Below, piece by piece: positions 39,701 to 51,315 of a stretch of 64,000 nt of DNA. This stretch comes from Camelus dromedarius. Lineage: Eukaryota. Each line of letters starts with the position of its first letter. Position 1 is the first letter of the stretch. A program made the position numbers and the translations under genes. The notes beneath the pieces are model-generated. The model was not told where the DNA came from. It searched no databases and was given only the letters and a program-made list of their open reading frames with translations. Location: positions 4,712,001 to 4,776,000 of the forward strand of contig NC_087436.1 of the NCBI RefSeq assembly GCF_036321535.1, read 5' to 3'.

Positions 39701-42700
39701 GAGCAAGACCTCCACTCAGGGACTCCACTGCAGGGTCTCCGCCCCTTGAGCAATGTCAGTGCAGACCCTGACACCAAAGTGATGGCTAGTGTTAGGTCAC
39801 CTCCCCAGAGCCACCCAGGAGGGCCTTCCTCTAGTAAAGGGATTTCTAGTTAAAAGTTCCCCTTCCACACAACGTAGGCACTTCTGGATGGTTTCAGACT
39901 CCCACACATTTGATAATGAATCCAATAATAAAGCAAATGATTTGGTGGTGGCATTGAATGCACAACATTCAGTACAGAACCTGAGACATAAAAAAGGATC
40001 ATCCCAACGAGACGGAAGCGCCGGCTTCAGGACACGGGCCTCACGAGAGGAGGCTGAACGACCCATTGAAGTTCCCAATGCAGACAAGTTGAGACCACGT
40101 CCCTGTGTCCAGGGACCGACTTCCCGCAGCACTAGACACTCCGTGTGCCTGGCGGGGGCACAGAGCACGCACATCAGCCCTCCACCAGCTGTCAGCGCAG
40201 GGGGCTCACCACCGGGGAGGCGCACACCCACCTACACCCTTTTTTTCTTCCATTTTTAAAAACAGAAGTATAGTCAGTTACAATGTGTCAATTTCTGGTG
40301 CACAGCATCGTGATTCAGTCATATGTGTACATGCATATATTCTTTTTCATTATAGGTTACTGTAAGATGCTGAATCTAGTTCCCTGTGCTACACAGTATA
40401 AACTTGTTGCTTATCTAGTTTATATGTAGTAGTTAGTATCTGCAAATCTCAAACTCCCGATTTCAGAGACTCTTCACAAGGACTCACAAGCTGCAGCCCC
40501 TCCCGCCCCCACCCCCACAGGCTCGCTCTCCAGGGTAAAAGGCTGCATTTATTGCTGTGCGGATTCACTTCTTTATCGCTTACCACGTGTAAAACTGCCC
40601 TGCCACTTGGATTACTTTCCTGTGTTTTCTTTAAAGCGTCATGCAGTTTTTCGGCGCTGTACCCTGACTTCACTTCTCCTGCAATCCTTATTGCAGGATT
40701 TTGTACAGTGGGCGATTTTTTAGGAACATTTATGTCACATTATAGCAGGACTGACTGCATCTTAAAGGATCACAGATAAAATGTGTGTGATCCTGCCCGG
40801 GTGGGGCTGGGGCTAAGTTTTCTGATGGCGCTCAAGGAATGAGCACCCAAGGGCTCAGGGCACTCTGGTGGTGAAGGTATTTGATTTCAGGTGACTTTTT
40901 CGGTGTGGTTCTCTTTTTGAACTACTTGTGCATTTAGCAGTCAAGTCTGCCTCCCCCAGCCCTCTGTCGGCGGGTCTGCAGAAGGCTCGGTGGCCTGGCA
41001 CAGCTACGGGGCAGTGTCCCCGTGTCAGTGCAGGAAACAGCCAGCAAGGCTCGCCTCAGAATACAGGCAGGACCTTGACATCTGCTCCTTCCAGCAGGAT
41101 TCTCCTTTCACTGTCACTTTTTGCTGATGGGGTGTGATTTTTACCTACGGAAATGCAAGTCTCATTGAACTTGACCTCAAAGGTGACCTCCCATGCTGAG
41201 ATGATTAGAAAAGAAAAAAAAAATCTTAAAACATACCGCCTGCTGGTTTCTCACTTGTGTTACAACATGCTTGTCCCTCCAGTCAAATCTTAGCGGCAAA
41301 GACACGTTAGGGATGGCTTTCTGCACGTCTGCTGGGTATCTGGGAAATCTGGAAGCTCTGCTTCTTAAATAAATGGCTGGATATAAACATGGAAAAGACA
41401 ATCAACATTATATTATAGAAGTTCTTTCTGGAGGAACTTTTCTACAGAAGCAATAAAGTTGCTAATGAAATCTGCCATTTGTGCTTTTCTATAACATGAG
41501 ATGGATTAGCTGAAAACTACAAGAAATACAAATTTCCATAATAGGATTGGAGCTGTCACATGAAATGACTTGTTTGATAGAAACAGGTCAATATAAAACT
41601 GACTATAATTGACATTACCTGCTTCATCATAACCCATGGAACCATGGTGTCTTGAATAGAAATAGCAGAGAAACCTGGGGAAGGGATAAGCTGTTGTCCC
41701 TCACAGCCACAGGGAAGTGTCCGTATTCATAATATTTAGATCTGGAGCAGTAATTTGAAGAGTGTGGCCATGAATTTATTTTCCTGTCAGCACCTGTACA
41801 TGCTTGACACTTACTGTTTAATAAATGTTAATGTTACTCAATTCACCAGATTCACAACTGAACAATTCTCAAAAACTAAGGGCTTAAGTTAAAGTCAGGA
41901 ACCCAACCATCTAATAGCACCACCATCGCACCACACCTTTAAACTCTTCAGGAAACAAATAAGAAAACTGGTTTATTCCGTAGACGGCAGTGGAGTTTTC
42001 ACGAGGAAATAAAGAATTCAAATATCGATGTCTGTTAAGGCTTTCCTAAAAGGGGGAAAAAAAAACACGCTGATTTATATCACTTGTTAACTTTCCAGAG
42101 CCATTTGTGTGTAACTGACTTGGAGATACTTTTCAGATGTAAAAGTCAAAGCCTGATTTATTTCCTGCAAGTCACAGTAAAAGATTATATAAAATAATCA
42201 GATTACATTTATAAATGTTTTGTATTAAAAATACTGTCTGATTTCAGGAATAATTTTTGAGGCTGGGAAAGGTATGTCTTAACCATTTATAATTCTCTTC
42301 ACCAAGCATGCTGAAACATTAAATATATATTTATTTAATGTAGTGAGAAAAATAAAATAAACTGCAAATAAACACTAGACACTAATGGAAGTTGTCCCCA
42401 GTGGACACTCCTGTGATCAAACAATTATGAATCTGGAACAGGTTGTCATTTTTATCTTTGGGTTTCCCAGCACAATGAATAAAGTATGAAAAAAAAAATG
42501 AATGAATAAATAAATCTGATTCCACCTGAGCTGTATAGTGCTCCCTAGTTCATTTATGGTAAAAAGGCTTGGGGAAAGACACTCATCCTTGAAATGGCCC
42601 AGGAAGATCGTCTGGTTTGTCTGTCCCAAGGGAAAAATTGGACCATTGTTTACGGATTTCTCAGCTTTGAGTTTTGTGACAATTCCCTTAGGCTTGTGTT

Positions 42701-45700
42701 TTATACAGACGTGTCCCAATGTCCTAACACTGACCAACTGCGTGGGTCAATGAAACTTCAGGACACCCCTGCTGGGTAAGTTCCAACTCCAGCTCTTCCA
42801 CATTGGCTTGTGCACCTGTGTGTCGGTCTCAGAAGCCTGTGAGCAGAATGAGGGCCAGGCTGGTGTGTCTCATCACCACTGAGCTCCCTGCACTCAGTGC
42901 ATCCTGGCGCGACAGACTTAGTAATACATACATGATTGCACTGTGTAAGCCTCGTGCCCTTGATAGCTTTAAGCTGTATTTTTTTTCCTATGTATATACA
43001 TTCTTTTGCAGATTATTTTCCATTGTAGGTAATTACAAGATATTGAATACAGTTCCCTGAGCTCTACAGTAGGTCTTTGTTGCTTATTTATTTTATACAC
43101 GGTAGTGTGTATCTGTTAATCTCAAACTCCTAATTTCTCCCTCCCCCAATCTCCTTTCTCCTTTGGGAACCATAAATTTGCTTTGTATGTCTGTAAGTCT
43201 ATTTCTAGTCTGTAGATAAGTTCATTTGTATCTTTTTTTTTTAGATTAAACATATAAACGATATCATACGGCGTTTGTCTTTCTCTGTCTGACTTTACTT
43301 AGAATGATGATCTCCAGGTCCATCTATTTTGCTGTAAATGACAATAAGCTGTTTATTTTTAAGTAAATTATTAATGAGACTTGTCATAATCTTATTTTTT
43401 CCTCATTAAGCATGCCTGGAAAGGTTGCTAATTGATGAAATAATCAATAGTTATCAAGTTTTCCACATTTAAAAATAACCTTGATGAAGCAAGGCTTTGA
43501 ATATAATTTGGAAAGGAGATGTATACATATAAAAACAGAGCTGGTATGAGGAGGCCACGTAACAGACACAAGCCAGCAACTGCAAACTGCTGAGGATTTC
43601 AGAGGACTCATTCATTCTGTAGTATTTACTGGCATCTTTGCGAGTGGAGCGATGGGGGAGGCACTGGGAATGCAGGGCCTTGATAATGCCCAGGGGAGCA
43701 CGTGGAGTCAGGAGAATGGGCTCCCAGGCCTCCACCCGCAGGGGCTTAACCGCTGTGTCTGAATCACACGACTGCACGAAGCGGGCCGGGGTCCCCACCT
43801 GCTGCACCCAGCTGGTGACTAAGCCCGGCCTGTTCGGGGAGACGCAGGTTTGTGGCTGGTGAGCTCCCATTGTCTCCCCTCTTCCTGCAGCTCGGGGCAG
43901 CCCTGCACCCAGACACTCTCCCCACTACTCCTGTGATGAAGAAGAAAGGAAGGAAAAAGAAAGAGGAGACATGTCAAGGACCAATATCAGGAGTGGGAGA
44001 AGGGCTACTGCAGATGCTTCTGGCACTAGAAGAATAATCTTTTGACAACTTTATGCCAATAAGATTCATAACCTGTATGAAATGGACCAAGTCCCTGGAA
44101 GACCCAAATGACCAGATCTGGATACCCAAGAAATAGGAAACTTGAACAGCTTTTTAGCAATGAGAGGCTCTACATTCCTCGTTGAAAATCATCCCACAAA
44201 GAAAACTCCAGGCCCTGATGGTTTCATGAGTGAATGTTACCCAATTAAAAAAGAAATAATGCCAATCATACACACATTCTTTGAGAAAATAAGAAGAAGA
44301 GAATCCTTTGCAACTTCTTTTATGCGATTAGTATAATCCTGATTTCAAAACCAGACCAGGACATCTCGGTGAAAGAGAATGACACCTCAGTGGCCCTCAT
44401 GACTACAGATGTAAAATCCTTAGCAAAATATTAGCAAATCAAATGCAACAACTTATAAAAAGACAATACATCATGGCCCAGAGAGGTCCATTAAAAAATC
44501 TACGTAGGTTTAACATCTGAAAATCACCAACATCATACGCTATGCTGATGGAATAAAAGAGGGAGAAAAACCATATGATATTTTCAATAGATGCAGAAAA
44601 AGACCCTTGACGTAATTCACAATCCTTTCATGATAAAACGTCAGCAGTGAATGAAAGGACACTCCTTCAGCCTGACTGAGGGAATCTGTGAAATGCCTGT
44701 TTCAACCAGAGGCCAGCTTCCAGAAGAATCCCATTTGTGAATTTCCATGTGACTCAGGTGCAGTGACTTCTGTCATTTTATGGCTGTCACCAGCCTGTGC
44801 CAAGACTGCTTGATATTTATAATGTCACTTGTTGGCAAGAGAAAAATCCTCTGAACTCCTAGGGGCTCTACCCACCTGTCTCCCCACCTCTCAGCTCTAC
44901 CTCCTTCTTTCAACTCTGCAAGACCATTAATAATATTTAAAGTACTCCCTCGAAGAATTCTGAGCAAAGCATAATTCTCTCATATGTCTACACACACACA
45001 CACGGTGGATTTCTTTATTCTCTTAAATTTGTAACTAACCAAAACATCTTACCACATAAACAGATACCACATTGCTGTGTGATCTCTGGCTATATACTCA
45101 ACCTCTCTGGGCTTTATTGTCTTTGTTTGCAAATGGGGCAATACTGACCCGGCAGAGTGTGAGTATTAAATAAGATAATGTTTAGAAAACACATATGACA
45201 GTGTCTAATATAAAAATGCTCAATTAAATACTGTCATGTTCTACCTTTTCCCTCTTTAAACACAGAACTTTTGGAGGATAGAAAATGTCATTCATAGATG
45301 ATGTTTTCACATTTTCTTAGGTTAATGTGGAGCAAATCTGTCTCACGGAATCAGATATTACCAGGGATCTACTGAAAGTAATAGACTGCTTTCATAGTAA
45401 AATAAAATTATCAGGATATCCAAGAACATTTCGTCTCCTATTTGCTGTGACAACAGGACTCTAGTTATGTCTCCATAATGGTGGTTTTGGATCACTTAAA
45501 TCTCAAAAAGTCCTGTATCTCGCTTCTGGAAATCACTATTCTTTCGAGTGACTTTCTGGTCTAATTCCATTCTAGTGGCGAGGACAGGTTTCCACAGACA
45601 CACCACACCCTGTCCATCTAGGCTGAGATCCTGCTAACATCCTTGGTCACAGAACCAATCAGCACACGCGCTCAATACAAGGCAACGGAGGCTGGAACAC

Positions 45701-48700
45701 CAGTCAACTACACAGGAAACGGCCCTAAGGCCAAACAAGATTTTAAATAAGAAACTGACCCTTCATTTTGTTTATGAAAAAAGAAGTGTACGGTTTTGAG
45801 GGATATACAGGAAACCTATCATTTGCTAGCTTTGAAAGGCACAGACGTGTGAAAAACAGGTGGCTCACTTAGAACTGATAAATCAAAACAAACTTTCAAC
45901 AGATCTGTGGACAAATAATCATCTTCACATATTTTTGTTTGGTTTGGTCTTAACCGGATGAGTTACAGTAAGACACACCAGATTCCTGCCTGGAAGGGGA
46001 GTCAGGGCCAAAGAACCTAAGGAAATTATCCTACGACTGTAAAATGAGAGAAAACGTGTCCTTCTGACAGTAATATGTACCGTACACCCTAAGTCTCTCT
46101 AATCAAAACCATACCTTAAGGCCCTGAACCTAAAGCTACCTTTATCATGCCTTCTAAAGCCAGCCCTCCTTCTGAAAGCTGGAATCTCATGTACTCAGAG
46201 TTGCCTGTGTGTGTGCGTGTGTGCGTGTGTCTGTGTGCGCACACACACACACGCTTAAGGAGTCACATATTCCAACTAATGATTAAATGTCAGATGTTTC
46301 TGAGTGGTCTCTCCTGCATCTAATCTGCTGCTTTGCTGGCCCAGCTGGGATATTTCATTAATTCTCTACAATTCTTACAAATCCATAAACAGAAAGGAGG
46401 GACCTTGTTTGCTCAAAACAAGAAACCAAGAGAACTGTTTCAGTCTGAGAAGGATAAACGATAACTCAGTAAGAGACCTGGCCAATCTCACAGAGAGATC
46501 AGGCGGGAGTTTTAAAATTCCTGAGAAACTGACCTTTTTCCCAGATGACTGGAAAGCGCCTCCTCTTCCCTGGGCATCTTAATTTCCCTAACTTTCCAAT
46601 TATTGGTAACAATAATTAGGAGTTGTTCTCTGTGTCGGGTGAGTTGAGAGGAAAATGACCATCCTCAAAACGAAGTAAGAGTAAAATTCCCCCCGTGGGG
46701 GGGGGGGTAGGAGGGGGGGGGTAGGAGGTGGGGGGGGGGGTCTCAGCTATCTGTTGGTCCTTAACACCACCTCTTGAAGAAGAACCAGTTCAGTCTTATT
46801 CACAGACTGCCACTAAGTGAGAGTAAATTAAACAGTGCATTTTCTTCCTGCAGGTGCTCAACTGTTTCTAAAGGAATAAGCAAATCCTTTAAGACCAAAT
46901 TGCCTTTGGCTCTAAAATGAAATTTTTCAGCTGTTGGGTACCCTAAATATGCAGGATTGAAGGGATTGCTAAACTGAATGCAAGCAGTTTTCTTAGGTGC
47001 TTTATATGAATTAAGTTAACACCGTACCAGGCAGTTGCTAATATTGCTCCAGTTCACAGATGCCTGAACTGAGGCATGGATAGGAAATGTGTCTTAGGTC
47101 GCACAGCTGGGATCTAGAGGAAGGTGTGGTTATTCAGCCAGCAGGAAATCCTCAGACGAGATAGAAACTTTCCTGGGCTGCACATCAGTATTTTTGAGCT
47201 GAGAAGGCAGTGAGAATTTGATTTATCTTCCCCTCTGGTATCTGGGTTTTCTTCCAACAGTGGTGATTTGCTATGCACTTAGCCGTCTGGTGTGTGCCTG
47301 GGATGTGCCCCCGGTACGGCCGGGATAAGCTGCATATTGAAATCACCGAGAAGCAAGCATGGTTTGTAAGATCACTTCCTGCCTGGCACGCTCAGCCCCA
47401 AATCTCTCACTTCTGCTTCTCAGACTTTCTCTTAGAGTCCTCAGTGGCAGGTTCCGAGGTTTGGTGGAGAAGAAATCATACATTTTACAAACAGATTTAA
47501 AGATTCAAAACGTTCTCCTGGTCGCTGCTTTTAGTTCCTGGAAGTTGCGGGTAAGTCCAGGAACGAGCAAAAAGTAAAAAGTTTGTGTTGGAGTGCTGCT
47601 GAGACGTTCTTAGGAGTCTTGGGAGCCGTAAACCTTAGATGGCGATGTTCATCTGACCACACGGCAGTGTGCTGGCCAGCACTCCTGGGCAGTCGATAAT
47701 CCAAATATCACAGGCTGCCGTTGGGGAAAACAGTATTAGAATAAAATAATTTTTTTCAAAGGATGTACTTCTATAAATTACCACTTTGGAAAAGTTCCCT
47801 AGACAAAGCATTTTTTGTATGTTCTGCTGGAATCTGTATAAAAATAGTGTGCACACATATCTAACATGCAAAGTGAAATAAGAAAAGTACAGTCATTTAG
47901 TATTTGTGTGTGTGCGTGCAAATAAAGATTGAATTAAAAAGTTGCCCTTTGGCGAACTGCCTAAAACAGCCTGGTTTGCTAGTACCCGTCTTCACATTCT
48001 CCTGTTTGCTGGAAAATGGATTATAGTTCCGTGTTTAAACATAACAATCTCCATATACGAGGCTATAACTTCTTCGAGGTTAGCACATGCCTTATTCTCC
48101 ACTGAATCAGTCAGGAAACCTAGCCCATCTCCTTATACAGAGTAAATGTCAAAGTAATGGATAAACGGTGGACAGGTGAACAAATGAATGATAAATTCTG
48201 GCCCGAGACCTCAAGGCTATGATGCATTTTCATTTTGGGAGTGCGCGCGTGAAGCTAGAGCCAGGAGAAATCACCACTCGAACAACAGTACCTTACGTCA
48301 CATTCACCTCTTAATCTTTCTGGTAGATAGAAATGGTGCTTTCAAGCATCCTTGGATAAAGTCTTTCTGGAGGAAACCACCACGACTGTAAGGCGCTGTG
48401 TCTAGCAAGCACCTGTGGCCCATTAGTTATGCTCATTCACTGTAAAATGCTATCATCTTCTATTGAGACCTAAAGAAACGTGCCTAGAAGTTTTTCTTTT
48501 TGAAAAAAATGTAGCATGTAACATCACGGAGAGAATTCATAAGGTGAAACTCCTGAAACATTATGCAGGAGTCACACGTGTATTAGCACGTAGACACTCC
48601 ACCTTTTATGGCCCATTGTTGGGTCTGTGGTCTCCAAAGGGATAAGAGGACCACCTGCCCTGTGGTCCAGCCATGAGCATCTCTGAGCATCTGTGCACAG

Positions 48701-51315
48701 GTTGTACCACAAAGGCAAACAGGCCTGATCCAACAGCTCTGGTCACTTCCAAGGAGTAAAGAGCAGAGGGAGGGGCCGCTGTCCCTCCTGCCACATCGGG
48801 TATCCTGTGAGGCAGCCTACAATCATCCAGGAGGAGCCTGGGCTTCACCCCACAACAATGCGATGGTGGTTTGTGGGCAAATGTAACAGATGCCGCGCAA
48901 CTTCCAACGTAAGGGCTCTTCCTGGGGAACTTAGGAAAATAAAGAAGCCGCGGAGGACAAAAACCTGCCACCAATCTCTGAACCCAGGGCCAGGAGAAAC
49001 AGGCTGATCAATCATACACTTGCTCCAACTGTGTCCGCAGTGCAATTCCCGGAATACTGTTTTCCACACCTTGCTTCAGACAGCCGCTGCTCACCACCCC
49101 ACCTGCACAGCTGACGGGAGCTCTCAGCCATCCCGAAATAGGTCACCGACATCCGAGGGCGACAGTGCCAGGCCCTCAGTATGTGTCTACACTCTCCCTA
49201 TTGCCGGTCGATTCTCCCCCGCTCCACACAGATCACTTTATAACTCTGCTTTAAGTTTTAAACTTCTTTTTTTTCCATGTTAACTTGACTGTGGAGCAAA
49301 TTTTCTAGATTCTGTTCATCGTTTTCCCCTGATAGGTAAACAGTCTCAGCCTAACCGATTCATAATCTGACATTATGAGTTAAAGAGACCTTAACGTGTA
49401 GAGTTACACTGAGTTTCAGGCTCAGCGCGCATCCTGCCAGGAAGATGCTCGTGGGTACCCAGCAAGCAACACTCTTTCTGCCTTGACCCACGACCAGCTT
49501 TCCCACCTAGGTCCAAACAGCCATCGAGGTTCAAACTCAAGTTTCCAGTGACTGCAGACAAGAACCCTAAAAACTCTCCTTTCCTGGGGCCTCCGTCTGG
49601 TGAAGCAAACTCCCACTAAAAGCAAATGCTTTGAACACCTTTTCAGACTTTTTCAACTCGAGGTTTTTCAATGTACGGAGAACCCCTGACCCTCTGTCCT
49701 CCTCCACTTAAAACCTTCCATTCCCCCCACATATACCCTGAAGTTCTCCTGAGAAGACTTGTCTTTCTAGACACTCATCTCCTGGGACTGGCCTCCTCAC
49801 AGGCCCAGTATGAGTAATTACCGCATATAAGTACCTACATATACATTTATAAATAGTATAAATTATATACATTTAAAATATACATTCATTACACTGGCCT
49901 CCAATCCTCAAACATTATTTTTGTGAGGCGTATGGCGTGCTTTCATTTCTGCAGTCAATGAACACACCACCAGTGCAGGTGAGAGCATTCTCCCCCTGAG
50001 GGCTTTGCTTCACCACCATCTGCAACCAGCCTCAAGGCAGGAGTAGAGTCCAGGATAGAAACTGTTCTCCAGCAATTGTACCAGTGCTTCTGGTTTTGAA
50101 AGCTACTGGAACACAAGACCAATAAAATGGAGATGAAAATACACGGCTTGGTTTAAAGAAGAGGAGACGGGATCAGGGAAGGCTGGCCCCTTCTAACCAC
50201 TGGAGCTGCAGGGCAGAGCAGGGAGCTCGAGGGTCCCATGAGAAAGCTCATGAACATACCAGGAAAAGTAATAACTACAATTCCGATAAGTTGCAGCGTT
50301 CTGGATTAGGCATGAATGGATTTTCCTTGATAACGAATGAAACCACAATCACGACATCTCATGAGTTAAAAAATTATTAAATAGTACCAGAGACACAGAA
50401 CACAGGACTCTAAATCACGATCTTTTGCAGTTTCCTTGGTTTCAGGAAAAGCCTTATATTTATACCCAGCTAACTGGTCTGTTCCTGGGTCTTAAAACTT
50501 GGTGGAATCTGAAATGATGAATGAAGCCTTTTAAAAATGATCTGAGAAGGAGATAAAACTCCTCTGCCTTCTGTAAATCAGTCTCCACCGAGTCAGGTGA
50601 GCTTCGAAGGTGGTGCACTAATTCCCGGAGCCCGCGTTCAGGAAAATCACCAATGGGTAGGATTCTCCGAGTTTGCTAAATGCACGCTTCGTTGATAAAA
50701 TTCGGATTACAGAAGGTTACCAGCGCCCCCTTCCGGGAGAAGGACGCCAGGTGCCCTCCGCCCGTTTCTGGTTCCCGTAACCTCAAGGTGGACAGTTCAG
50801 GAGGGCGGGGAGGACGCCTAGCGGTGTGTCCTCCCATCAGGAACACCCGGGACGCATCCAGTGCTCGCCTGGGGCGCATCACACAAACCCACAGCCACAC
50901 GTCTCTCCTGAGGACCGATCTGCGGGCCGGCACAGGCCTGGGGCGGAGCGACCCCTGGCACCCGGGGCGGAGGGGGAAGTTCGCGCGTCCGCCCAGTCCA
51001 GAAACCCGGGTGCGTCCTCAGACTGCGCTCGGGGACCTTCCGCCCCGCCCCGCCCCGCCCGGCCCGTACAGGAAGGGACAGGCGACCCTGGGGGTGGCGC
51101 TCGGGGACCCTCCGCCCCGCCCAGCCCAGACGGGACGGGCAGACGACCCTTGCTCCCTCCACCCCCCAGCCCAGACCCCGAACAGGGCTGCGCGGTACCC
51201 GGAAGGCGGCCGGAGGGTGGCGGCCCCGCGGCGGGGTCGGGGTCGCGGTCTGGGCGCCGGGGCCGCAGCAGCAGCAGCAGCAGCAGCAGAGCAACCAGAG
51301 GTGCCTCAGCTCCAT
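30760..51315 (-). CDS. CTSO: Cathepsin O preproprotein, full gene span; complement(join(30760..30794,32927..33019,33929..34092,36743..36864,38658..38825,41237..41376,41937..42045,51199..51315)), 315 aa
   Basis: Papain-family motifs [21 protein letters not shown] (catalytic Cys126), ANHAV (His263), YWIVRNSWG (Asn283), C-terminus [11 protein letters not shown]. Exon lengths 117/109/140/168/122/164/93/35 sum to 948. TDO2-CTSO adjacency is known mammalian synteny. Confidence 0.97.
32927..33019 (-). CDS. CTSO: CTSO exon 7 ([31 protein letters not shown])
   Basis: TGTAG acceptor; GTG|GTGAGT donor; catalytic Asn in RNSWG. Confidence 0.96.
33466..33785 (+). mobile_element. L1 3' end with short 5' inversion
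   Basis: 33529-33785 is sense L1 3'UTR plus poly(A); 33466-33528 is the reverse complement of the segment that precedes it in the copy at 60470-60530. Confidence 0.8.
33929..34092 (-). CDS. CTSO: CTSO exon 6 ([54 protein letters not shown])
   Basis: GGTAG acceptor; CAG|GTGAGT donor; catalytic His in NHAV. Confidence 0.96.
34165..34612 (-). mobile_element. MaLR LTR (MLT1J/K-like)
   Basis: AATGGCTGCTGGAGCTCCAGCCAT...ATGGCCACGTCTAGCTTCAAGGAAGATGGGAAA...TCTCTGCCACA terminal motif. Confidence 0.6.
35200..35320 (-). mobile_element. L1 3'UTR fragment
   Basis: AGTTCCCTGTGCTGTACGGTAGG...CTGCTAATCCCCAACTCC matches other L1 copies in the window. Confidence 0.7.
36743..36864 (-). CDS. CTSO: CTSO exon 5 ([41 protein letters not shown])
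   Basis: TTTAG acceptor; CAG|GTATGT donor; ORF 36664..36864. Confidence 0.96.
37919..38066 (-). mobile_element. tRNA-Ala-derived SINE (camelid Vic-1-like) with 12-bp target-site duplication
   Basis: Reverse complement GGGGAGGGTATAGCTCAGTGGTAGAGCGCATGGTTAGCATGCACGAGG...; TSD GTTTTTAAAATT at 37907-37918 and 38067-38078. Confidence 0.88.
38079..38525 (-). mobile_element. L1 3' end (38079-38285, -) joined to an inverted L1 ORF2 fragment (38290-38525, +)
   Basis: 3'UTR as in other copies; + strand piece reads [34 protein letters not shown], typical of L1 ORF2. Confidence 0.8.
38658..38825 (-). CDS. CTSO: CTSO exon 4 ([56 protein letters not shown])
   Basis: GCAG acceptor; AAG|GTGCCT donor; catalytic CGGCW motif. 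Confidence 0.96.
40240..40462 (-). mobile_element. 5'-truncated L1 3' end
   Basis: GAAGTATAGTCAGTTACAATGTGTCAATTTCTGGTGCACAGC...AGTTCCCTGTGCTACACAG. Confidence 0.8.
41237..41376 (-). CDS. CTSO: CTSO exon 3 ([47 protein letters not shown])
   Basis: CCAG acceptor; GCG|GTATGT donor; ORF 41177..41401. Confidence 0.96.
41937..42045 (-). CDS. CTSO: CTSO exon 2 ([36 protein letters not shown])
   Basis: TTTTAG acceptor; AAG|GTGTGG donor; GINQFS propeptide motif. Confidence 0.96.
42978..43344 (-). mobile_element. L1 3' region fragment
   Basis: L1 3'UTR/ORF2 end; flanking direct repeat TAAGCTGT at 42970-42977 and 43345-43352. Confidence 0.78.
43950..44700 (+). mobile_element. Old L1 ORF2 fragment (region around the RT N-terminus), disrupted
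   Basis: Translation [14 protein letters not shown]...[13 protein letters not shown] and TCAATAGATGCAGAAAAAG (SIDAEK) motif. Confidence 0.8.
45065..45235 (+). mobile_element. MIR SINE fragment
   Basis: GCTGTGTGATCTCTGGC...ACTCAACCTCTCTGGGCTTTA...TTTGCAAATGGGG core. Confidence 0.6.
46697..46740. repeat. Poly-G tracts G11-TAGGA-G9-TAGGAGGT-G11
   Basis: Directly visible. Confidence 0.9.
51199..51315 (-). CDS. CTSO: CTSO coding exon 1 ([39 protein letters not shown]; signal peptide and start of propeptide)
   Basis: GGG-ATG-G start in a CpG island; ends ...AAFR|GTACCG, matching the CTSO exon 1 boundary; in frame with exon 2. Confidence 0.9.
51265..51288 (-). repeat. (TGC)8 / (GCA)8 trinucleotide repeat within CTSO exon 1
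   Basis: Eight perfect GCA units on the + strand. Confidence 0.97.
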
